Assembly: GCF_037042905.1 (NCBI RefSeq)
Contig: NC_087256.1
Span: 31,930,001 to 31,994,000 of the forward strand
Direction of reading: 5' to 3'
DNA from: Lytechinus pictus
Lineage: Eukaryota
Length of the DNA: 64,000 bases
The notes beneath the pieces were generated by a model. That model searched no databases, had not been told where the DNA came from, and saw nothing but the letters and a program-made list of their open reading frames with translations. Of this stretch, positions 27,813 through 39,390 are shown piece by piece. Numbering within the stretch: position 1 is the stretch's first letter; each line of letters starts with the position of its first letter. The translations under genes and the position numbers were made by a program.

Positions 27813-28659
27813 AAGAAAAGAAAGAATGAGAGGATTCGGATGAGTGTCAAAGTTCCAGTAACTAATACAGTTAAAAAAATAAGACTTCAATATGAAAGTG
27901 TATTCAGAGATTCTCTTTTATTGTGAAAGACATCATATCCATCGTACCTATCAAGAAATTGATCTTTTGGTAATTTTTTTAAATTTTGAGACCGAGATAA
28001 ATATGCATTCACATGCATATTTAACTATTTACGCGACATGCGATTAGAAGTGTTTGGTGATTTTATTTAGTTTAGATTATTTCTTTTTCCATATTTTAAG
28101 GTAAGTTTGAACCTCCAAACCCCTTTGTTACAATTTTCGAAAAATTATCAAATTTTAATCCTAGCCTGTCAGAGATATGATACTTCAATCTTTTTTGGTA
28201 AATTTTGTCAAATCTTCTTTCATTTTTCTCCCGCTCTCTACATTATTTACTAATGGTTGTCTTTTTTTTTGCATTTTTGTTCATCCTTTTCTCTTGATTT
28301 ATTCTTATTTATCTCCCCCTAATTTATTTACCCCAATGTCTTCTGTCTGATATGAAATATATCAATTGATAATTTTTTTTAATATTTCAGTTCATAATCT
28401 CTCTCTTTCTGCAGGAGAGTGTGTGTTATGTGTGTGTGGGTGTGTCGATGTGCGTGGTGTGGGTGTTATCTTATAATTATTGTGCACATGACCCAGTCTT
28501 GCTATAAATAGGCTTTTGCACTTCAATGTTGTACTTTTTAAACATATGGAAATGAATAAAGTCTTGAATCCCATCAAAATCAACAAGATAAAATATAACC
28601 ATATAGTATTGAATTTAAATTGAAATGTCATTTGTCATGTTCATGTGTCGCCTGTTCCA

Positions 28660-31600
28660 AGTGAATAGATTGGCTAAGAGGAAAAAGCCACCACAATCAA
28701 ATTACTTTATCTTTATTTCACAATCCACCTTCCCTTTTTAGGCAGTTAACCAACCCCTTCCAGAAGAGATATCGGAGCTTGGTAAAAGCAAGGTGTCGAA
28801 GATTATGTTACCCTAAGTAATTTGGATAGGCGTAATGAAAAACTTTTGTTTTCAGGTAAAAGTCCTCTCCAGCTCGCCATCGATGGGGGCAAATGGGTTT
28901 GATAGGAGCTGAGAGTGCCTCTATTAAATCCTCCCTTCAGCTTCATTCTCTAAACTATAAAGTGCAGAGAGAATCTTCATTAAGTCCGCCACCCTGGTCG
29001 CATGGGTCAGTTTAACTTTTAAATTTACCTATCACGTACAGAAATCGAACCGGGCACTTTGCCGAGCCCCTCTTGATTTTCTTCCTTATTTTATATTTTC
29101 AAGTGGAGAGGATTGGTGGTTTTAAGAGAGGGAGTGAGATGAAGAGTTTAGACTGGAGTGTAGTGTGATGCTACCCATCTCTCTCGGGCTGACAGTATCT
29201 TTCCATTAATGGGCTCTCTCTCCGGCATTCACCTGGAGCAGGTGCTGGCGGATGTCCACAATAGCTCTCGCAATTATTACCGCCGATTCATTGGCCCACA
29301 TAACCCTGCCGTTTAGCATTCAGCCCTTCGCTTAAATCGTCTCCTTTTTTCTCACATTCACTCCCCCTCTCCTTCGATACCTTTCCTTTCGCTCCAGGCA
29401 CCCCAGCAAATATACAAGAAAGAAAAAAAAAAGGCGGGGAAAACCGGGCCACGTCATTTCGGTGTCCGTGTGCATGTGTGTGTGTGGGTGGATGGATGTG
29501 AATGAGGGTGTGCACGACCGTAAGTGTTTGCATTTCCAAGCTTACATTTCCTCTTTATTTCTTTAAATGTGCACACTTTATCCCCCTTTTGCCTGATGAT
29601 GACGATGATGATGATTGTGAAGAGGCTCTAGTTGATTCATATCACTATCATCCATCCACTGCCTGTCTCTGTTCGCATTAGTCTTGCGGACGGCCTGAAC
29701 GCCTGCCAGTCATATGATACACCCAAGGCGTGGTGCACGCCAGCCGCCAGCGCGTGAAAATCATTCTTTATTCGATAGGGAGCATAAACTCCCTTGAGAT
29801 ATAACTGACTCTCAAAGTGCCAAAATGTAAGCAAGATATAGGAATATTATCTGCGGGTGGATGTAGAGCGCGGTTACCTAATACCTCTTGAAGTTTAAAC
29901 AATTTTGAAGTATGTCATGGTGGGCTGGAGGGTTTTCGTCGGATTGAGACCGATTCGATCGATATCGGAAGAGCAATCGGGTCGGCAAGAGCGCTGCACC
30001 AAAATATCTTGTTCGGGAGTGTCGAATTTTTAAAATCTGGCATGGACAATTAGAGCTCCCACTCAAGGACTGATGGTTAATACACTTCAGGCTTTTAGTT
30101 CAGCTTAAACGATTCAATTTATTATTCTAACGGTAGATATATTTTTGATTCAATGAAATCACATCAAGGTTTTTATCTCACGATTTTGAGTCTCAGACAA
30201 ATTTAAAGACAAACATGAGAGAAGAGATGAAAGCAGACAGGAACTGTGCTTGGTTTATTATTGATTGATTTGTCTAGATTTGAAGGGGTCTTAAGCTCAA
30301 GGAGCTGCATGAGGGGGGGGGGGATTACACGCGTGAAATAAGAAAGAAAATATAAGCAATGTCTGGTTTAGTGCTCGTTCTTAGTGCCTTTATAAAAACC
30401 CTGCTTTCTCGTCACTGCCTCTGCCTCTTCTTCGACGCAAATTACCAGGAAATAATTGGACAAACGCGCCCTGAAATAGCAGGAAGGAGTTTATCCGACC
30501 CACCGCTTCTGTCTAGAGCACTGGGCCGAATGAGACATATCATCAAAGTAAGCTAATTCGGCCGTAATTACGTTTGGTCGAGAAATAAATTGCAGACGGG
30601 CTCGCTAATTTCATAATAACATCAATTTAATAATTCTAATTCGTATTGACATATAGAGCAGGAGAGATAGTGTCGCTTCGAGCAGCACCCGTGCCTCGGC
30701 GTGTGTGAAATTATCAGCTCCCCTGACCCTGCGCCAATACTAAGACCTTACCTCTCAACCAATGTTGTCTATTGAATTCGATTAAGCGTCATTGTTTCTG
30801 AGAGAATATTTCATTCAAATGATGTCACTTGTGATCAACGGAATAGCTAATCTTGATGCTATTACTTTTGCCGAGGAAAGCGACAACTATTTCGATCTAC
30901 TCTTGAGCGGCTCGATGAAGGCAAAACATGCTGTGGGTGAACTTTTTAACCATTAAAGGACGGGCGTCCTCAACAAATGGCAAAATTGGAAGATTCAATG
31001 ACAAATTAGGACATTATAAGGGCAATTGACGATCGCCCATCCCCAGCAGCGTTTAGCAGTTAGCACCCCATAATCGCTTCAACCGTTCCCGAGCGCTATT
31101 CAAGAAAGATTCTTGATTGCGCGTAAATACCCGTTCGCTTCCACCACTTAAGAACGGTAACCCAACCATTAAAGACAAGATGGGGGCAGTCTTTTTCTCT
31201 TGTCATTCAGACTTCCTTCCTCGCCTCCCCTTCTTCTTCCAAAAAGTGAAAATCAAACAAAAACCAGAAAGATTTGAATGTGATTGTAAATGAGGGGAGA
31301 AAGCTCATGCCTTCTTGGGGTTTGGTGCTGATCAATTGAGTCGGGCTATCCTCGCGCGAGCGCTCATTATCTTACTTAGTACTATTTACACGGGTAACTT
31401 TCATCGAGGGCTTGAAGCACGAATCGAGTCCCATTGTAAGCTATTAAAAGTCATTCCGTGACAGTCCCGCGATGATGTGTCTTCACATATTATCCGAGGA
31501 CTCTGTCGTCACGTCATCATGCCTTGGGCAAGCTCTTTGGAAGGAGAAGAAGAACATAAAAAATGAGGGCACGGGTCGGACGAAGATGAAGTTCAACGGC

Positions 31601-32100
31601 GTAAAGAGAAAATCACCCTGGGATAAATTTGTCCTCCCTTTCTTGTCTTCCTTTTATTTCCTCCCTCTATTCTTCGCTCTCTTTCTCTGTTTCTATACAC
31701 CATCCCCCTTTCTCCTCCAAACTGCCATGATTCTTGAAGATGTGCTCTTAAGAATATATGCGGCGGGAAAGAATCGGGCGTGCTGTATATCCGTCACTTC
31801 TATGCGCCACTTCCTGTCTCACTAAGCGACTATTTTTATCCCAAGGCATGTATTAATACAGACTCTAGCCCGAAAAGTAAACGAGGCCCCGATCGCTCGT
31901 GACAAGCTATCTGTATTACACTTAGATATAGCTAATTGAATAATACGTCTGATTGGGAAATACCTAGAGCCATTTTATCAAAGTCTTTCCCGGCCTAACG
32001 AGATTCCAAAACCGACTATCAAGCCTCAATTGAGAAGAGCCTTATCGACGTAATGATTCAAACATGAAAGTACACACACCCCCTTCTCTTATATCTTTCT
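28660..32100. promoter_or_regulatory. Large transposon-free, CpG-retaining block; candidate cluster of conserved regulatory modules
   Basis: About 3.4 kb with no recognisable TIR/SINE/LINE, higher GC than the flanks and no convincing ORF. Dense TAAT cluster at 30550-30650 and ATCAAAG sites. Confidence 0.5.
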
Positions 32101-33195
32101 AGCTCAAAGGATATAGCTCGTCAAGATGAAACTAGATGATAAATAAACCGTATGAAAGAGATGTCAGTGTTGAAATAAACGAATTCCTTCTATCGAGAAC
32201 AAAGCATATTGAAAGGCGTTTTGTTCCATTTTTTGGGGTGAATAAGATGGTGGGAATTCATTAGGTTTCTTTTTATTGTGTTGTAATTTCCTTTTGTATG
32301 TGAGAGTAAAGCATATTTTCACCATCATAAGACCGTAAATAGATCAAAGAATGGCTATTTTTGTAAAGACGGCAGCGTATATACTTTTACAAATTCTTCA
32401 AGTAGGTTAGAAAAGCAAAAAGGTAAAGACCGTCTCGATTTTTTGGTCCAAATCATAGAATATTTTGCAAGCACATCCACGTTCAAGCGGCAATAAAAGA
32501 ACGAACTTCTACATTTATTGTATAATCATGGAGAGTTGTATGTAAAGCCAGTGGAGCACCGTAGAGAATATCAGATTACGAAAATGAATAAATCTGTTTC
32601 TCTGAACTTACTGTTATTGAAACGGAGAACAGTTTCACTATGACTGATCATGAACCTATTACCATGGACTGAAATAACCTATACGTAAAAAAAAAGTTTC
32701 ATATGTAATTGGTTATATACCAGCTTGGCGTTGATGCACCAGAAAGCTGCTTTGCAGAGTTCCTACCGGCATGACAGGAGCATACCTCAACAGAAACAGA
32801 AACGTCCGATGCTGGACGCTTCTTCAGCTCGTCTGAACTGGCAGGAAATCGTCGTTGCCACTTGGAGCTGACGCACAATAGATTTATGTGAGATTGTTAT
32901 AATTATCTGGATTTTTTTAAATCTTGCATTGTGAGATTTTAGACGTTGTCCTCGATGTTTTTTTTTTTTTTTTTTTTTTTTTTGGGGGGGGGGGCAATCA
33001 TTAGGATCGTTTGGTCTAAAGGCAAGATATTATAAGCTGTAAACCCAAACCATCAACTTTGAATATGAATGTATGCATCTTTTGTTCTTGTTGGAAGATA
33101 ATAAGAAACTGTTTCATCTGCACCATGGGTGTCGATTACGGGGAGGGAGGGGGTGGGGGATATATCCTCCAGGTAGGGGGGATGGCCGCTGTTAT

Positions 33196-33410
33196 CGGTG
33201 AAAAGACATTTGCTCCTGCGAACATTTGCTACAGCCTTGATATCTCAGAAGGCATAGAGTTAGAGTTAGGAGAGTAAAAGAGTTTTTATTTCAAAATAAT
33301 GTAAATAAGGATTATGGTTTGTTTAGTTTCGGAGGTAAGGTTTTATGTTTCACTTAAAGTGCAGATTTTCCATCGGAGCAATTGTCGCCGGAGCAAATGT
33401 CATGGAACCG
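33196..33410. mobile_element. CGG..CCG-ended MITE with 6-bp TSD, next to or inside a hAT-like fragment (33123-33187)
   Basis: GACATTTGCTCC/GGAGCAAATGTC inverted repeat, internally duplicated at ~15-bp period. TGTTAT at 33190-33195 and 33411-33416. Confidence 0.75.
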
Positions 33411-34584
33411 TGTTATCATCCATGATGCTCCAATTATTTACTGTCAATCATCATAATAGTTACATAAGGTGAATCATATGACAAGTATGATCATGATTAT
33501 AAGGAAGGGGTACATGATTGATTGATTGTATTTATTCTTTTTGGTTTCAACTTCAACAGAATTTACAGTCATGACAATTTAAAGCAAAATGTAAAATAGA
33601 GAACTGAAAAAGGGAACCCACTGAAAAGCACAACTTGTTTATGTGAGTTCCCTGCAATATCTTTATATTTGTATCCTACCACAGGGCTCCTTTATTTAAA
33701 ATCAATATAATCATATTTTATTTTCACAGTATATAATTGAATAATCAACACAATATAGGTCACGAAATTCATACATATACAATGTTCTATGGAATTGTCA
33801 TATCATTTGTTAAGAAAACGAATTTTCAGTGTAACAAACAAGCAGTTATTTAATCATACAGAGAATGCAATCAGAAACACTGAAGTAAGAAATGACAAAC
33901 TTTTCATGAATTTCTTTTCTTATATATGGGGGAGAGCGGGGCGAGTCCTCCCCTATTTTCACGCTCTTCTAGAATCGTCATTTCTTTAGCAGGATGGTCG
34001 TACTTTAGGATGTATAAAGGTCTAGGTAATATTTACCTAATACCTGCCCCACCCTGGGGCAAGTTTGCCGGTTAGGCGGGGCGAGTTCGCCCATAGGGAA
34101 AAACAGTGATATATGAAACAAGATGATGTGTTCAAAGACACCAAATATTTTTTTTTATATTGGAACAACAACGACTTCTAGTTCGATAATCTATGAAAAG
34201 TTATCATGATTTAGCACATATACTGACATACTTGCATGTCATGTCATATTTATACGGATGGGTCTAAATGTGGGGCGGACCTGCCCCGTCGCAAAAGGAG
34301 CAAACTAGCCCCCCCCCCCCGGCAGCCATTTTCTCTTCTCTTGTTTTTCGCAAAATGTACAACATATTTTGAAGTATCAAAGGCATATTTCAGTAAGCAA
34401 ATATCACACCTTTCTAACAAAAAATATTATAACTCCATGCATGAGTGTCTATTGAAAAATACAAGAAATTTGAAGAATCTATTTTTTACAAAATGGCCCC
34501 GACATGGACGTATCGCCATAATTTTCTGTAATTCCGAGCAGATGACCTCTCGTCAAGGTATGTTGCTACCTTTGGGGAGGTAAA

Positions 34585-35150
34585 AGGGATGGTCCGGGCT
34601 GAAAATATGTATATCTTAATAAATAGAGTAAAATTCACAGAGCAAAATTCTGAAAATTTCATCAAAATCGGATAACAGATACGAAGTTATAGAATTTAAA
34701 AGTTTATCAATATTTTGTGAAAACAGTTACATGCACATCGTCATGAATATTCAATTAGATAGGCTGATGATGTCACATCCCCACTTTCCCCTTTCTTATG
34801 TTATTACATGAAATCATAAATGTTTCATTTTTTCATACATGTGTAAATGATGTGTCTCCATTATGATGAAATAAGTTGCGGCAGTAAATAACTAATGCAC
34901 TTAATCAGTTGTCACTCCAATTGTTAAGGTTTTGGTAGATAAAAATTGTATAACCATAATTTCACATAATAAAAGAAAAAAGAACAAGTGGGGATATGAC
35001 ATCATTAGCCCACCTAATGAATATTCATAAAGACATGCATTGAACTGTTTTACCGGAATAATGCAAATCTTTAAAATTCAATAGCTTTGTTGCTCTGTGA
35101 ATTTTGCTTTGTTTATTGAGATATAAATATCTCCAGACTGGACCATCCCC
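34585..35150. mobile_element. Kolobok-like MITE nested in the previous element
   Basis: Ends AGGGATGGTCC/GGACCATCCCC with TAAA/TTAA flanks. Long imperfect arms include ATGAATATTCA..GGCTGATGATGTCACATCCCCACTT and its inverse. Confidence 0.85.
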
Positions 35151-35239
35151 TTAACATTACATCATCAACAAAACCTACATCCAGTCACAGTAAAGTGGAA
35201 AATCACGTGGTGGTCGGACTTGCCCCAGGGGCGGATTAG

Positions 35240-35331
35240 TTTCAGTTTGTTTCAGTTTGGTTTATTTTCATTTCAACTCAAGTCAACAAGTCAACAGTAA
35301 AAGAAATCATTACAAAGATATAAATGAATAT
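35240..35331 (-). mobile_element. 92-bp 5'-truncated retro-insertion
   Basis: GATTAG is duplicated at 35234-35239 and 35332-35337. The minus strand ends with AATAAA plus an (AAACTG)-type tail. Confidence 0.65.
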
Positions 35332-36471
35332 GATTAGCCCCGCTATCCCCTATATACTTATAATAAGATTTTATTTCTCACTTAATATAAAATAAAAAAA
35401 CGGACCCCTGCAATAATAACTAATAACTAATAAAATTCATACCGTAATTAACAAAGTTCAACAGAATGATAAAAAATTGATCGTCGTATATAAGTAAGAT
35501 GACTATCATTTCCCCCCCGAAATCTTCGAAAGGAGTAATGTATGGTTGAGAAGAATTTATTTTGAAAAGTCGCAGCACCTTCATAAATACAATTGGAGAA
35601 TTGATGATATCAAACATTAATTTGAATATATGATTGTGAATTGATGGAAATCGACGCTGCGTAAAATCAGATTATTAACCATTTATACAAACACAAAGGG
35701 GACTTCTTCAATGCCAAATGACAAAGTATGTAAATAAAACCAAGTTTATTTCCATCATGATGATTTTGTGGGCTTTTGTGGTATGACCACACAAACAGAT
35801 TTGATAATAAATCACTGGATATTACTTTCAAAATAATATCAATAAAAAAAGAACACAGGTAGAGTCAAAGAATATAGATCTTTAAAAGTGGAACTATTTG
35901 CGCACAGTGAAAGGTACAAGTCCTTTTTTAATTTGACTAGATTGTTTTTTCCGGCTATACCGAATTCGCAAACGATTTTCATCCTTTTATACAAACACCT
36001 CAACATTACAATTTCATTACTGTTATCACTATGAGGAGGAAAATACGGTAAAAATTCACTTACTTCAGGCTCTTTCTCTCTTTCTCCTCAACTCTTCCTA
36101 TCTCCTCTCATCTTTATCTTTTACCTATCTATCTTACAATTGTCCAGCTTGCTATAGTTGCTTGCTCTAATCTTTTTTTTTTATTTGTCTGTAGTGTTTG
36201 TGTTTCTTGTTTCTGTCCTGTCTTATCCTGTTTTCTAAATTGTCTTTGATTTTTTTTATTATTTTCTGTCCGTTCTTGTCCGTCTGATTTTTTATTTGCA
36301 TTTCCCCAAACTTAAGTATGCTTAATGTATTACAGGGGTATTAATTCTTTTGATGTTCACATAATGTATATAGGCATAAAAAACTTGACCCTATATTAGT
36401 TTTCTTTTTATTATTCGATTGAACCTTGTTAAATACGATTTGAAATTCATTGAACATAAATATATTTTAAT

Positions 36472-36750
36472 CAGTAGCGTACTGTGGGTCACGGCATGTT
36501 GGGGGCACCAGCAAATTTTTTAGTCACTTGGCGCGCGAAGCGCGTTCAATTGCCAGGTATGCTGACCTATTAGAGAAATTTTAAGGACTGTGACATTAAA
36601 CGGATATGTATCACACTGATCAAATAATGTGACCGCGAAGCGCGAGCTGAAACTCCAGACCTAAAAGAGGGAAATTATAAGCAATTTTCTGTAATCGTGA
36701 TACGTACCTGTCCCACTAAACAAACGATGCGAGCGCGAAGCTCGCATTGT
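36472..36750. mobile_element. Left part of a hAT-like element
   Basis: CAGTAGCGTA start and three GCGCGAAGCGCG-type motifs in the same ~100-120 bp module as 5194-6574. Right TIR not found. Confidence 0.6.
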
Positions 36751-37324
36751 GGATGTTATGCCACTATTAAATACATGAAGTTATACGTGCTGCATATTAA
36801 TATTGAGTGATGTATGTTGAGCTTGACAAAAACAAACAAGATGCTTCAACCTTAGAAACACGTTTATAATGTGACAAGCAGATAAACATTACCCGTTTTA
36901 TTATTGCAAAATTCAATGTCAGTCGATACATATGATAGGTGTAGACGTAAATCAATACTTTTTCCTTGTGGTTTTACATTAAACATATTGTCTATTTGTA
37001 TCTCGTTGCATATTTTATAAGCAATTCAAAAATATGCATACACACAAACACACGCCCACACACCCTCCCACCCACCCACACACCCTCACAAGACCAACTC
37101 GTAAGAACCATTATTCGACATGTATTTCTTATTTACTGTCCTCGCTTAGTATATATATACTAGCCCACACATACACTCACACACACACGCACACACACAC
37201 CCTATCCCACACGCACATTCACATTATCACACTCTTCCACTCCCTCACATATCTACACAATCTTACATGTCTTTCTATATGATCGTTTCTTATCTAACAG
37301 GTATTCAACCTACCTCATACTTTG

Positions 37325-37598
37325 CAAGGGCGTAGGCGGGGGGGGGGGGTGCACCCTCCCGCTGAGGCAGAGGAGTTTCGGCACTGACAAGCAAAACAAA
37401 ATTTGTACCCCTTCTTCTGCTTTCAACAGCTGATTTTCCAAACTTTACTTCCACCTTCCCAAGGTGTGCACTCCCCCCTCCCCCATACCACTTTAGTTCC
37501 ATCTCCCCAAGGTGTGCATTCCCCCCTCCCCCATACCACTTTAGTTCCACCTCCCCAGGATGTGCATCTCCCCATGCTCAAACCAGCCTATGCCCTTG
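37325..37598. mobile_element. hAT-like MITE with 5-bp TSD and an internal 48-bp minisatellite
   Basis: TIR CAAGGGCGTAGGC/GCCTATGCCCTTG. TSD CTTTG at 37320-37324 and 37599-37603. About 2.7 copies of a 48-bp unit at 37443-37575. Confidence 0.88.
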
Positions 37599-38845
37599 CT
37601 TTGGGATCCAAAAATGAACTCCCATATAACATTAAAACTTTACTTATTTTTTTTTTAAATCAGATTCAATTTGGATTATTTGATAGTTAAAGCCTATTAT
37701 TAGTTTTGGTAAATCCCCGAAATGTACACAAACACTTCCAATTTATTTCTAGATTATATTATTGTGGTATGAAGGATAAATACTTCAAAATGTGTTTTAG
37801 TGGATAAATATTCGGATTTTACATCAGATTTAATTCGGTAAGGTGCCTGATCAAAGTAGAGTATCCGTATTTTGTCCTGTTTATTATGTTTAAAGCACCT
37901 CAAACATAGAATGGGCTGAACATGTCAGGATACTTAGTATATAGTAGCTTTCTAATATCCAATTACTATTGATATGTAAAGTAAGTGCTCAAATGGTTAT
38001 TTCCATTAAAAAAAATGAAAACATTATCGAGAGAGGGCGCTAGATTCTAATTTAAATCCTAATCTGTAAATGGGTAAAAATTGCATTCAATAACTACCAA
38101 GTTTTTGTAATATTCGATGATTCTCTAATATAGTTCATATTATTATTATTATAGATGAAGGTCTAAACGAGGACAGAAGGTATGATGGGCATTGGTCTAC
38201 CACAACATTGATCACAAAGATGGGATCATCCCATCATTGTGGAGCGGTTGCATTCGCCGAGTTTAATCTTTACATTAGCAACATTCTATTGTACAATATC
38301 AAAGAGGTATTACATAAACAATGCATTCTAATGAACTTATTCTTATTCCTCAAACTTGATTTCTCGTGCTTGAATACAAAAGGGAAATTATCTTACAATG
38401 AAATGACTCATACCTATAACAATATTAGAAAGAGATTGTCAATCATGATTTGGATTGAATGCCGACACAGGTATGACTATTATTGTATACCAGTTCTGAT
38501 TTAGAATGAAGCCTATAATCATCTTTGTAACCTTCATTATCTCAGTAAAGTTCTTCGAAAGTAAAATAAGATTGCAGTTCTCACGCCTGTTTGGGGACAT
38601 CAGGGAGATGTCAGTAATTATTATGTCAGTAAATATGAAAATATATTTCCATACAATCGTTAGATGTCCTTCCGTGTGGGAATATGCTGGCTTTGTAAAG
38701 TTGAAGTTGCAATGCCTATTCACAGAAACTTTGATTAAATATTATGTTTAAAGAATTTGGGCGCCAACTGTTTTTCATTTTTACGGGGGGGGGGGGGGGA
38801 TTGAAAATCTTGTGATTCTTTAGATTCTAATGGTATACAACTGTA

Positions 38846-39000
38846 CACTGTAAAAATGAAGTGCTCTTACAGTGCTTGTATTTTGACCGCACTACGAGTG
38901 CTGATTTTCTAGTTTAAATTTGAATTATAAATCAGCACCCGTAGTGCAGTCACTATACAAGCACTGTAAGTGCGAAATTAGCACTTCATTTTTTACTGTG
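38846..39000. mobile_element. Almost fully palindromic CACTG-type MITE with TA flanks
   Basis: CACTGTAAAAATGAAGTGCT..CTTACAGTGCTTGTAT..GCACTACGAGTGCTGATTT is mirrored on the right arm. Confidence 0.9.
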
Positions 39001-39075
39001 TAAGTGTACCGAAATGACCACATAAAACATATTTTTATCAATGGTATTATGACATCCCGCTCCTTTTGTCTTTAA

Positions 39076-39390
39076 AAGGGCAAGTCCACCCGGAAACTTG
39101 AATTTAAAAGTAAGAGAAAATCAAAGAAGCATATAACACTAGAAATATTTTAAAGCAAATTATAGCATTTTTATATCGCTGTTATATTTCACAAAACAAA
39201 TATGCACAATGATATGCAAATGAGAGAGTCGATGATGTCACTCACTCACTATCTATCTTTTTTAATTTTATTTTTGTGTGAAGTACCAAACATTTAACAT
39301 TTTTTAGTATTAAATTTTGAGCGTTAAGCTATTTGATTTTATTTTTACTATTTTTTCACATCAACACTTTGATGGTGGTAGGCTCGCCCT
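39076..39390. mobile_element. Kolobok-like MITE
   Basis: TTAA|AAGGGCAAGTCCACC ... GGTAGGCTCGCCCT|TTAA. Internal GATGATGTCAC as in 34585-35150. Confidence 0.75.

Larger units (their letters stand above)
33928..35350. mobile_element. TA-flanked non-autonomous element (Tc1/mariner-pogo-like) carrying two insertions
   Basis: TIR GGGGAGAGCGGGGC/GCCCCGCTATCCCC in TATA context. Internal GGGGCRAGT..GCCC repeats. Confidence 0.75.
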
